From Mantamonas sphyraenae STR306 (taxonomy: Eukaryota; Protista; CRuMs), in the NCBI GenBank assembly GCA_026936335.1, contig JAPMXV010000049.1, positions 496,001 to 560,000 of the forward strand: 64,000 nt of DNA. The letters are read 5' to 3'. The notes beneath the pieces were generated by a model. That model saw only the letters and a list, made by a program, of their open reading frames with translations. It ran no database searches and was not told the DNA's origin. The translations under genes were made by a program, and so were the position numbers. Numbering within the stretch: position 1 is the stretch's first letter; each line of letters begins with the position of its first letter. This document shows, piece after piece, positions 48,501-59,400 of the stretch.

Positions 48501-49775
48501 ATGCTGTTTTACCTTGTCGTTTTTGTGGTTGTGGTTGTGGTCGCGGCCAACCTGTACATGCGCAAGCATGGGCCCAAGTCTGTGACGCTCAAGATGGACA
48601 GCATCGAGACGACGGTGTTTGAAAAGATGCCGCCCGTGTGGGCGATGTACTTGGAGGTGATCACCAGCAAGTACAACTTCACCAAACCCTCGTACCCGCC
48701 TGCAGATTCGCGCAAGGCGCACATTGAAACGCTTGTTCCGGTGCACAAGGTTGACAAGCAGCAGGTGGCCAACTTCCAGGAGCTGTGCGGCTATGGCGAC
48801 CGCGCTCTCATCCCGCCCGCGTATGCGTTTCCCCTGGGGTTTCATCTCATTGGCTACTCCCTCACCAGCAAGTTGTTCCCCATCAAGCCCTTTGCTTCGC
48901 TCGTGCACATCTCGCAGGAGATCGAGGCCTTGGAGCCGATTGGCGTGGACGACCAGCTTTCTGTGCGACGTAGGTGGACCCGCCCGCTTTCCCAGTGTGC
49001 ATGTGTGACTTTGTGTCCTTCCACGCAAGATTGCAGTGCCATGGTCCAGAACATGAGCGCAAGGGAGTGATGCCCAGTTGCCAGGAGCTGCTGCTGACAC
49101 AGGGACGAGCAAACGTTTGCGGCATGCATCCGCTTTTCTCGTGCTGCCGCGACGCATGGACACGGCAACGACGCGCGTGTGTATACAGTGCTGACCAAGA
49201 GCGTACAAGGCGAGAAGGGCACCGAGCTGCATCTGGTCACGTACGTGTACAAGCTGATGGGCGACGGAGCCGAACCCAACCTGGTGTGGAGGAGCGTCGG
49301 CATCGAGCTGGCCCCGTCGCCAAAGAAGAAGGGCAAGGGTGGCGCACGCAAGGAGTTTGCTGTCCACGAGTGGCCTGAAGAAGATGACAACACCGTAATC
49401 AACACATGGACGCTGGGCTGGGACGCAGGACGCAAGTATGCTGCCGCCTCCAGCGACTACAACCCGTGGCACATGGCCAAGATTCTGGGCCAGCTGTTTG
49501 GCCATCGCGCCGCCCTGTCCCAAGGCAACTATACTCTGTCCCAGGCGTGCGCAGATATCGAGAACGCCGGCTTCTGCCCGCCGTACCCGCTGCGCATCAA
49601 GGCAGAGTACAAGCGACCCGTAAACCTGCCTGCCAAGGTCAAATGCACGCTGACACGCGACGAGGATGCACAAACAGCTTCCTTTGACGTCTACAGCATG
49701 GATGGCAAGAGCCTGCATGCCGTCGGCAAGGTCGAGCACATCGACGACCTGTACCTCAGCGACGAACGACAGTGA
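48501..49775 (+). CDS. MaoC-like double hot-dog (R)-hydratase/dehydratase with an N-terminal membrane anchor; intron ~48970-49188
   Basis: N-terminal LFYLVVFVVVVVVA, then FQELCGY..IPPAY, LVHISQEI, the hydratase-2 motif YAAASSDYNPWH, and YKRPVNLP. Confidence 0.8.
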
Positions 49776-49876
49776 CGCGGTCAGAGAGCCATTTGAAGAA
49801 TGCAACATGCAACGTGTGTGGCCATATGTGTTGGAAAGAGTGTGTTGTTCATCGCATCAGCGTCTGCCACTGCCAA

Positions 49877-52219
49877 TCACGCCTCGTCTTCCTTGATCTT
49901 GATCACAACACCCGCGCACAGCGTCTCGCCGTTCTCTCGCAGCATGAAGCGGCCCAGCTGGCGGTATTGCGTGTACAGCTCCACACAGATGGGTTTCTCC
50001 AGCTTGATGTCAACAATGGCGGCCGAGTTGGCAGGTAGGAAGCGCGGCTTCTTGCGCAGAATTGCACCGGACTTCTTGTCCACCGTCTGAATCAGCTTGT
50101 TCACAATGACAGGCAGATGCAAGGTGTGCAGATGCAACAAGCTCTTGTGGCCCAGGCGAACGGGCGTATCCATCGTCAGGATGCGTGCGCGGAACTTGCT
50201 CGACACCGGTGCAGGGTGCATGGGGTCGCACAGCACATTGCCCACGCTCAGCACACTGATCTCCACCCCAGTCAGCACGACCTCCACGTTTTCTCCCGCT
50301 GCACCCCAGCCCATCTCCATCGGCGCCCCCTGGAACGAGGCGCTGCTGCTGGCGGCGCTCTCCGACATGCTGCTGATCACCGTCTTGACCACTGCCAGCT
50401 CCTTCTGCGGCGAAATCAGCACTCGGTCGCCCGGTGCAATGACGCCGGCCTCGATACGACCCACCACAACCACCGTGTTGCCAGCGCCCCGGTACAAATC
50501 AGAGATTGGCAGGCGCATGGGCTTGTCCAGCAGTCGCGGCGGCGCATTGAATGCATCGATGCGTTCAAGCAGCGACGGGCCGTCATACCATTCGATTTCC
50601 CCTTGGTGACGTTCCACCAAATTGATGCCCTCGAATCCACTGACCGGGATATACGAGAGATTCGACTCCTTGAAGCCAGCCGCGTTCAGGAACGCGCCCA
50701 CCTTGGACTTGATCTCCTCGAACCGCTCTTGCGACCATTCCACAAGATCCAGCTTGTTGACGGCCACCACCAGCTCCTTGACACCCAGCGAGCGCACAAG
50801 CATGGCGTGTTCCTTTGTTTGGCACCCGTCGCGGAATCCGGCCTCGAACTCGCCCTTGGCCGCGTTGACCACCAGCACCGCCACATCTGCCTGCGACGCA
50901 CCGCTGATCATGTTGGGAATAAAGTCGCGATGGCCTGGAGCGTCAAGCAGCGTGATGCGCTTGCTCTCCGTTTCAAAGCTCTGCACACCCACATCGATAG
51001 TCACGCCTCGCGAGCGCTCCTCCTCCTCTGCGTCCATGACCCATGCAAAGTGGAACGAGCTCTTGCCCATGTTTCGCGACTCTCGCTCAAACTTGCGCAG
51101 CTCGCTGCTGGCAACTGCCCCCAATTTGTACAGCAGATGCCCTGTGAGTGTGGACTTGCCTGCATCCACGTGGCCAATCACAACCATATTCACATGCTCC
51201 TTCTCCGCTCGGAAAGCGTCGATTTCGGCCTGCATGGCTTTGGATCGCTTCCCACTTTGCTCAACGAGCAATTTGTTGCGTGACCCAGGTGTGCCACTGC
51301 TGCTGCTACTGCTGCTGCTGCTGCTGCTGCCTGCGTTGCTGCTGCTTGTGTCCGTGTCACGCTCCTCCTCTTCTTTTTCCTCGTCCTTTGCATCGTTCTT
51401 CTTCGGCGTCACCTCGCCGGAGAGATCCAGCAGGTTCAAGGTCTTTTTCGGCCTGCTCTTGTCCATGGCCTTGGCCAGAAGCGAGCCCTTTTTGCGGTCA
51501 GCCTCACTCACTGCCACAAGAGTGGCCGCAGTGGCCTCCACGTCAAAGTTGTGGCCGCGCAGCGCCTGCACAAGGTCAACTTCCGTTTGGTCGGCTGCGT
51601 TGTTTTCCACCAACTTGGCATACAATGCGTCGACGGCCATGCTCACAAACTGTGCGTCCTCGCCTTCTTGCAGCTCACTCTCTGCGACGCCTGCACCTTC
51701 GCCTGTGTTGTCCACGCCCTCCATGGGGCCCCAGATTTCGTCGTCGCCGTCGTGGAACCCGTCGTCGTTGTTGTCTGGGTACACTTGCCCTTCGCCATAC
51801 TCGCCAGCCTGTTCCCCGTTTTCGGGCCACTCTTGCTCTTCGTCGTCGTAGTAGTGCCAGTCCCCATTTTGGTCGTAGTAGCCTTCAGCCTGAGTGTGCT
51901 GGTCGCCGTTGTACATGTACTGCGCCATGGACGGGGAACCGTACTGTCCTTCGTCGTAGTCATCATAATCGTCATAGTATTCATCATCTCCGTCTGTAGA
52001 GGTGTGTTTGCAAGAATGTCAGCGTCGTGCTGGTTGTGCAGGCGGCTTCCAAGTTGGGCCTTGCAGAATTCGCTCATTTCCCTCGCTCCGGCCTCCCCAC
52101 GCCACGCGCGCACACCATTCGCGCTGTTCACACACTGTGGTCACACACCCAACTCGCGCACTGTGATCATACGTACAGTCCTCTGTGGACAGGAAACGGA
52201 TGTTCCTGTGTCTGCTCAT
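49877..52219 (-). CDS. HBS1: HBS1-like translational GTPase (one intron near the 5' end)
   Basis: Exon 1 is MSRHRNIR (typical HBS1 start). GHVDAGKSTL, SFHFAWVMD..EERSRGVTID, DAPGHRDF, NKLD and LGRFMLR. Confidence 0.93.
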
Positions 52220-52350
52220 GCTCGTTGACGGAAAAGGCGTTTGGCTGGGCTGGGCAACGCATGCACGTACAAACACACACACACACACACTAAGACGAGC
52301 GAGCTGAGCCAATCCCCCTTTCATTTTGGTTTCTGTTGACTGGCAGACAA

Positions 52351-53579
52351 TCACAGCCGCGCAATTGTCTTGCTGGCGTTGACAATGGGAACCACCACTT
52401 TGCCGACGTTGGCGCCCTTGTACATGTGATCAATTGCACCGGCGATGCCCTCGACACCTGTGAAACCATGGTCGAGGTCCACACGGCTGACAATCTTTCC
52501 CTGGCGCAGCAAATCCTCTTGCGAGGCCACATACTTCTTCCACTCACGGATGAAGTGATTCAGGAAGAACCCGCGCAGCGAAGCACTCTTGCTGAGGAGT
52601 TTGAGCGAGATGGGAGTTTTGCTCTTGCGGGTACCCCACATATGCTCCTCGGTGTACGTGCTGATGGACCCGATGGTGATCAGACGCCCGCCCACCGCAA
52701 GGTTGTTCAAGGCGGCCTCAAACATGTCGCCTCCCACACACTCGTACACAACGTCCACACCATCGTCGTACTCGTCGCGCAGCACCGTGTGCAGATCCTC
52801 CTTCTTGTAGTCCACCACACGATCACATCCGATGCTCTTGAGAAAGTCGGCCTTGGCCTTGCTGGAGCACGTTCCGATCACATGACATCCTGCAAGCTTG
52901 CCGTACTGGACTGCAAACTGTCCTGTGCCGCCTGCCGCAGCAGTCACAAGCATGACGTCGCTCTTGGAATGCTGAAAGTCTGCCATTTTGTCCAGGGAGA
53001 TTGCCGCCGTGAGGCCACTGACCAGCAGAGGCAGCACATCCGGACTGCACTGCTGCACAGGGATCACACTGCGTTGATCCACGATTTGATACTCGGTGAA
53101 AGTACCTCCGGCTGACGACGAGTCGTTGGGAGGGGGGAGCAAAGTGGGCGACGAGAGGGTCGGGTCAGCAACGTGGCGTCCGGCAGCTACGACACTCACA
53201 AAGACAAAGAGGACACACGAAACACCCATTCTGAGTGCAAAGACGCAACTGCAAACGGCTCCCATTGGCTCATCGACCTACTCAGTGTGGCAACGGGTTG
53301 GCCCACAGAAACACGCGTGACGTCGTTGCCAACGGCTGCCACGATGCCTACGCTCTCGAAACCGCAGTCAAACGGTGGTTCCACACCCGGAGTGTAGCGT
53401 CCGGCTGTCCAGTTGCGGTCGGAGGCGTTGATGCCCACGTAGCGCGTTTCAACCACAACGTCGGTGCCGTCCACCTCCGGCATGTCCACCGTCTCCAGCA
53501 CGGTAGCTTCACGGAAGTTGGTGCTCAGCTTTTGCACAGTGAGCTTCTGGAAAGTTTTGGGCAAGAGGCGACGCGACAT
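52351..53579 (-). CDS. PTGR3: Prostaglandin reductase 3 / ZADH2-like MDR oxidoreductase with a PTS1 (-ARL); one intron
   Basis: KLSTNFREA, YVGINASD, PPFDCGFE, VSGLTA, TAAAGGTGQFAVQ, GVDVVYECVGG, LLSKSASLRGFFL and a C-terminal ARL*. Confidence 0.88.
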
Positions 53580-53624
53580 GCAGCGGTGAGAAGGAAAGTG
53601 GGCACGACGGCGCAGCTTCGTCAT

Positions 53625-55444
53625 TCAGATTGAGATTGGCATCGGCGTGGAGCCCGACGACCTCCCTTGCAGGTGTCTCCTGTCCTTCCCACGCTTCTTC
53701 TTCCGCTTCTTGGTTGTGGAATGCACTGCGCGTGCAGACGGGGTCGACACATCTTCGGTTTGCTGCGTGCCGATCTTGGGCGAAGCAATTCCCTGGATAT
53801 CCCAATAGTCGTCGGGAGGGCGCTCTGGCGAATGGTCTGCACGATGGCGGCTGCACTCGTTGCACAGCTCGGCTGCTTCCTGTGTGGAGTAGCCCATGCC
53901 ACGATAAAACTTGGCGCACTCTGTACACTCGTAGCCGCCCAGTTGCTCGCGTGCCGCCTTGCCACGCACCACCTCCTTTACACGTGTGGGTACCGTCCTC
54001 TCGGGTGCTGCGCTCGTTGCTGGATGGCCACCCAGCACGTCCTTGCCGCCTTTGCCGATTACAGGCGACGGCTGTGTGGCAGAGACCCCCGATCCTTGCG
54101 AGAGCACCAGATCGTCGTCTTCCAACCATCCGCTGTCCTTCAGCTCCTCTGCAAGCCTGTCTGCGCTTGCTTGGCTGCTTACCACGGCCTCTGTGTCCAT
54201 CTCTTCAAATAGATGGCGCTTCGAGTGCTTCCGCGCCAACTTGAACTTGCTGCTGCCCGCGGCGCTGCTGCTTGTACTCCCTACGCTTACACTGGGTGAT
54301 GGCCCACCTTGCACTGCGCGGCGTGGCCCCGTCCCTCCCACCACTCTGCTTTCCAGGATGGGGCTGGCTCGGCTCGCCTGCGAAAGAAACATCCTGTCTG
54401 CATCCTCATCCTCGTCGTCGTCTTCGCCTTCTCCCTCGTCTCGTGTGCCACGTCCGCTGATGCCACTCTTTCTTCCCTTGGTTGCAATGCGTGCGTCCCA
54501 TTCTGCCTCTGCCTCGTAGCTGTTGTCAAACTCGCTAAACCGGCTACCGTCTGCCACCTTGTGCCTCTGGTGTGCGTTTACCAGCGCAAGCAACTCTTCA
54601 TGCTCTCTGTCCTCCTCCTCGTCATCTTCCTCCTCCTCTTCCTTCGCCTCTTCCTCCGCCGCCCCGTCCTGGTCACGGGTTGTGTTGGCAACCACCCTCT
54701 GTCGCTTTGGCGGCGTCTCTGCAACTACCAACACGGCACTTGTCTGCGAGTCCCCTGCCTCTGCCACTGCCTTTTCAAAGCTGACGTGCTTCGTCGATGA
54801 CCCGTTGTTCGTGCTCTTGCCTTTTCCGTTCCCCTCCTCGTGATCCAGCTTGCGTTTCCGCGTGCCACTGCCATGTCGCTTGCGATGGCTGTTCTCACTG
54901 GTGCTTGTTGCAGGTGGAGGTGTGTTTCCAAACACCGCTGGCGAGAGCTGTACGGAGCGCTGAACTGGCGACGACGTCTCCTCGCCTCCTTCCTGCATGT
55001 CCTCCTCCTCCCTGTGTCGAGACTGCTCCCGCTCTAACCTGCGCTTGATTCGTGCGTACTTGTCTCTCCACCGTTGCACCTGCGCTTCCGCTTCGTGAAG
55101 CGCCGCGTGCAGGCGGTTTTGTTCTCCCAGCAAGCCCAGCAACCTGTTCGCCTGAGCCTTCTGCTCACCCACCTGACCCTTTAGCAGTTCGTTCTCCCTC
55201 CTCAGAGCTGCATGTATGTCGTGCCGAGTGTTTTGCATGTCGTTCGCCACGTGTGTCAGCCTCCTTGCCCGACATTGGATCCTTCTCAACACGGTTCCCG
55301 AGAACGCGCCAATCGCTCACCTGAGAGTTCCTGCGCCACTCCGTTCTCTACAGCCTGCTGCAGCGACGCCATCGCCCCACTCAGCCATCCATGTGTGGTG
55401 CCTCCCTCTGCACCACTCCCACGTGCACCCTGCTCATCTGCCAT
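53625..55444 (-). CDS. CtIP/Sae2/Com1 DNA end-resection factor (one intron near the 5' end)
   Basis: N-terminal coiled coil, a disordered middle, and the C-terminal EVVRGKAAREQLGGYECTECAKFY..CSRHR..PPDDYWDI (CxxC and RHR motifs). Confidence 0.88.
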
Positions 55445-55732
55445 GTCCCTCGGCGATTTGACCTGGGTAGGCCGGCGCAATGAGCGCCACCGGAATCAAA
55501 AGGTGAGGTTGCTTCCTGTGCCCTCAACCCATCCTCCCACGTTCACAGCGCACGCTGCGCTCCCCAGCTGTCGCATGCTCTGTGTTCCTCACACTTGCAT
55601 GGCTGTGCACGGCTTGCCCTCGACCCGCCATTTCCGCCCCCCAAGTTCCGCCCAGCGCGCTCACACACCCTACGCCGCACTGTCACACCCTCCACATGCG
55701 CATGAAATCCCTCCATGTGCGTGATAGACAGT

Positions 55733-56326
55733 ATGAGCGTAACCGAGGACGAGTTGAACGGCATCGAGACCGTGGAAACGGAGGAGGAAGAGGACGTTGG
55801 CGAGCCCATCAAACCGGGCCAGGAAATTGCAGACGAAGGCGTGCCTTTCATCTGGTCCCAGCGCCTCAAAGAGATCACCATCAAGGCCCCTGTCCCCGAG
55901 GGCACCCGTGCAAAGAACATGGACATCCAATGGACAAAGACGGGCCTCAAGGTCGGTCTCAAAGGCGAGGATCCCCTCATTGACGCCGAATGGTTCAACC
56001 CCGTGCGCTACAACGATCTCGAATGGCAGATGGCCGACGGCAACGTCGAAATCGAGGTGCCAAAGGCTTCCAAGATGTCCTGGTGGGCCCAGGTCCTCAA
56101 GGGTTTCCCAGAGATCAACACCCGCCGTCTGGAGCCCGAGACCTCCAAGCTCAGCGACCTGGATGACGACACCCAGTTTGTGGTTCGCAAAATGATGTTT
56201 GACCAGCACGCCAAGGAACACGGCGCACCCACTTCCGACATGCTCAAACAGGCCGAGGCCCTTGCCAAGTTCAAGGAGAAGCATCCGGACGTCAGCTTCT
56301 CCGGCGGTGCACCAGGTTTTGGATGA
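55733..56326 (+). CDS. NudC-family CS-domain co-chaperone
   Basis: WSQRLKEI..VP, LKVGLKG, WW..VLKG.PEINT..LEPETSKLSDLDDDTQFVVRKMMFDQ..PTSD. Confidence 0.9.
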   Translation: MSVTEDELNGIETVETEEEEDVGEPIKPGQEIADEGVPFIWSQRLKEITIKAPVPEGTRAKNMDIQWTKTGLKVGLKGEDPLIDAEWFNPVRYNDLEWQMADGNVEIEVPKASKMSWWAQVLKGFPEINTRRLEPETSKLSDLDDDTQFVVRKMMFDQHAKEHGAPTSDMLKQAEALAKFKEKHPDVSFSGGAPGFG

Positions 56327-56450
56327 CCAAGACCGACCGTGCGCGCACACACACCACGTCACACCACATCACACCCCAAACAACAACAAACGGGCCCTAA
56401 CAAACGCGACCTCTTTCCAAATCGATCCTTGATTTCTCTCCCACACAGCC

Positions 56451-59400
56451 TCAACGAATCGAAATGATGTCGTTCAACGACCCTGCGCCTGTGTTTCCAC
56501 CAAAGATCACTACTTTGTGCTCCAGGTCGTCTGTCGTGCTGATACCCTTGCCCTTGCCCTTGCCTTTGCCGTCTTCGCCCTCGCTTTCCAGCCCCTCCAC
56601 TCGGAACAGATCTTCGTTGACCATGATCGGCGCAAGACACGCTCCGTACCGTCCCGCAGGCTCCGTTCCAAACATCTGCACCTTGGTCGACCACGTCTTG
56701 CCCGGCACATCAAGAATGTGTACGTCGTGGAACGCGCTGACGCAATCCTTGGTGCCACCGTACACGAGCATCTGCTTGCCCAGAGCACACGCCACCGCTC
56801 CCTCCCGTTCAGACGGCCCATACCCGCCACCCCAGCTTGGGTTGGCTCCACACCGGTTTGTTCTCGTCTGGACTAAGATAGTACACGTCGTTGCACACTC
56901 CCTTTTTCGTTCGGCCGCCAAAAATGACCACCGTTCCGTCCACAACCACCATTGTGTGCCCCCGTCGTGCCGACGGCTTGGAGCCCTTTGGTTTGATCTT
57001 TCCCCACGCAAACTGGTTACATCGCAGCACGTGCAGGTCGTCCAACAGGCCGCTGTTGTTCTCGCCACCAAAGATGTACAAGTCGTTGCCCACCGTCACC
57101 GACGCATGGTGTGCACGCTCTGCCGGCATGTCCCCAGACGTACGCGGGCGCAGCCACATGCCCTCCAGCAGATTGAGCACAAACACGTCGTCGGCATACG
57201 TTGCGTCCTTGCTGTCCGACGCAAACCTCGTTTGTCCACCGTACACAATCAGCGTCCGCCCGCCTCCCAATGCATTGGCTGTATGAAAGGCACGAGGGGC
57301 AGGATAATCCCCTGTCGCTTCCAATTGGCTCGACCGCCATCCGTCGGTCTCCACAACAAATGCATCCTCGTAAAACACTGCCATCTCGTCAAACATGGGA
57401 TCCACCCCTCCAAACAGTAGGATCTCGCTGCCAAACGCGACCATGGATGCTCCCGTGCGCGCCTGTGGCACCAGGCCTTTTGTGGCGTGTGTATTCCAGA
57501 TGGCCGCCAGTGGCTTTTCCTTGGCCAAGCGAATGTTTGTGTTGGCCTTCTTCTTGCCACGTCCAAACAGCCGCGGTGACGATGTCGATGACGACGATGA
57601 CGATGACGACGATTCAGAAATCATGCTGTCCCTGTCAAACAGCCCTCGGAAGTTTTCTGGCTTTTCCATCACCGTCGATCTGCGCCCCATAGGCTGCTCC
57701 GACGACTCCCCATCCGAGAAACGCCTGGCTGTCAAGTTCTTCAACAGTTTCGCTTCCTGACTTGCCATGGTCGTCTCCTCGGAGGCACCGTCGTCATTGC
57801 CGTCACTTTGTGTTCCCTCCCCGCCCTCGCTCTTCGCGGCCACCTTGCTCGGCAGCTCACCCACCCGTTGGGACGTTGGGATCTCCTCTACAGGTGCAGC
57901 TGGCATTGTTGGCAAGTCGTCGCCACGGCCAAACAGTCGTGTCAGCCTGTTGCGTCGCGACTTGGCACGTGGAAACGCTGCCAGGACGTTCTCCTCGTTT
58001 GGCTTCTCCACTGCCTTGGCCAGCACCTCTTTCGTCTTTTCGTCCACCTGCATTTTGGTGTGAGCAACAGATGGACGCCTTCCGCGTGGCGCCGAACGCC
58101 CAAGTGTCGGGTGCTCCAGTTCTTTGCTGTCCGATAACGACGACGACGACGACGACGTTGACTTGACTGACTTGGGGCTGCCCATCCCAGGCATCATCAT
58201 CGACAGCTTCAATCCTCTCGAACGCTCTGCAATCGAAGGAGACTGTGTCTGCTGCTCCTTCGCCTTTGCCTCGGCTTCCGCCTCCGCTTCCGCTGCGGCG
58301 GCCTCCAGGACACCTTGAACGCGTTCGTCCACACTCATGGTTGTCTTCTTTGTTGGTGGCCTGCGCTTTGGCCTGCCTGCGCGACCTTTTGTTGGATGCG
58401 ACAGTTTCTTGGGTTCCACTGCCTTCTTAATGGGAGGTCCTCCACCTCCCATGCCTGGCATCATCATGGGCCCGCCCATTGGGATGGCAAGCCCTGCCGC
58501 ACGGTCTGCAATGGACTTGGAACGTGTGTGGCCTCCGTCGCTGCCTGGCGACCCCATGGGGATGGCAAGACCTGCAGCACGTTCTGCGATCGATTTCGTG
58601 CGATTGTGGCCGCCGTCACTACCTGGCGAGCCCATCGGGATGGTCAAGCCACCCATGCGTGCAGCCACACCCACGTTGGGACTCGAGCTACTGCTGCTGG
58701 AGCCTGTGTCTTCCACAGACACGGTCACAGAGGTTGCGATTTCCTCAACAGCCTTCTGTGCCTCGGCTTCCGCCGCGGATGCGTCCAGAATGCCCTTGAC
58801 GCGTTCGTCCACACTCATGGTTGTCTTCTTTGTTGGTGGCCTGCGCTTTGGCCTGCCTGCGCGACCCTTTGTCGGATGCGACAGCTTCTTGGGTTCCGTG
58901 GCCTTCTTCTTGATGGGAGGTCCTCCACCTCCCATGCCTGGCATCATCATGGGCCCACCCATTGGGATAGCAAGGCCTGCCGCACGGTCTGCAATGGACT
59001 TGGAACGTGTGTGTCCTCCGTCACTGCCAGGCGAACCCATGGGGATGGCAAGACCTGCAGCACGTTCTGCGATCGATTTCGTGCGATTGTGGCCTCCATC
59101 GCTGTCCATGTTGCTGTTGGGCGAGCTGTCGGACTCGGTTGCTGCTGGCGTTGTCGAAATCTTGGGTGGCGACTGTGCGCTGAGGGCGCCAAAGTTGCGC
59201 AGCTCGCCGAGATCCACGCGCTGGGATCGAGGACGCGCACGTCCACTCTTTACACGTTCGATGGCGCTGATGGCTTTCTTTGGCGCAAGTTTGGTCTTGA
59301 GGTCCGTATGAAGCTTGTTGAGGTGTTCTCCAAACAGCTCGGTCACGATTGCGTCAAAGGTGTCTGCCGGGGCGTCTTCGTCGTTCACCTTGAGCGTGGC

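Noticed and set aside
1-55444. DNA-repair gene cluster (NEIL1, SIRT6-like, FANCJ, CtIP)
   Set aside because: The genes are scattered among unrelated genes over 55 kb, which is compatible with chance unless synteny shows otherwise.
55443-55724. Plus-strand ATG overlapping the CtIP start codon as a possible NudC first exon
   Set aside because: No convincing coding signal. NudC is complete from the ATG at 55733, and the region is more likely 5' UTR with an intron.
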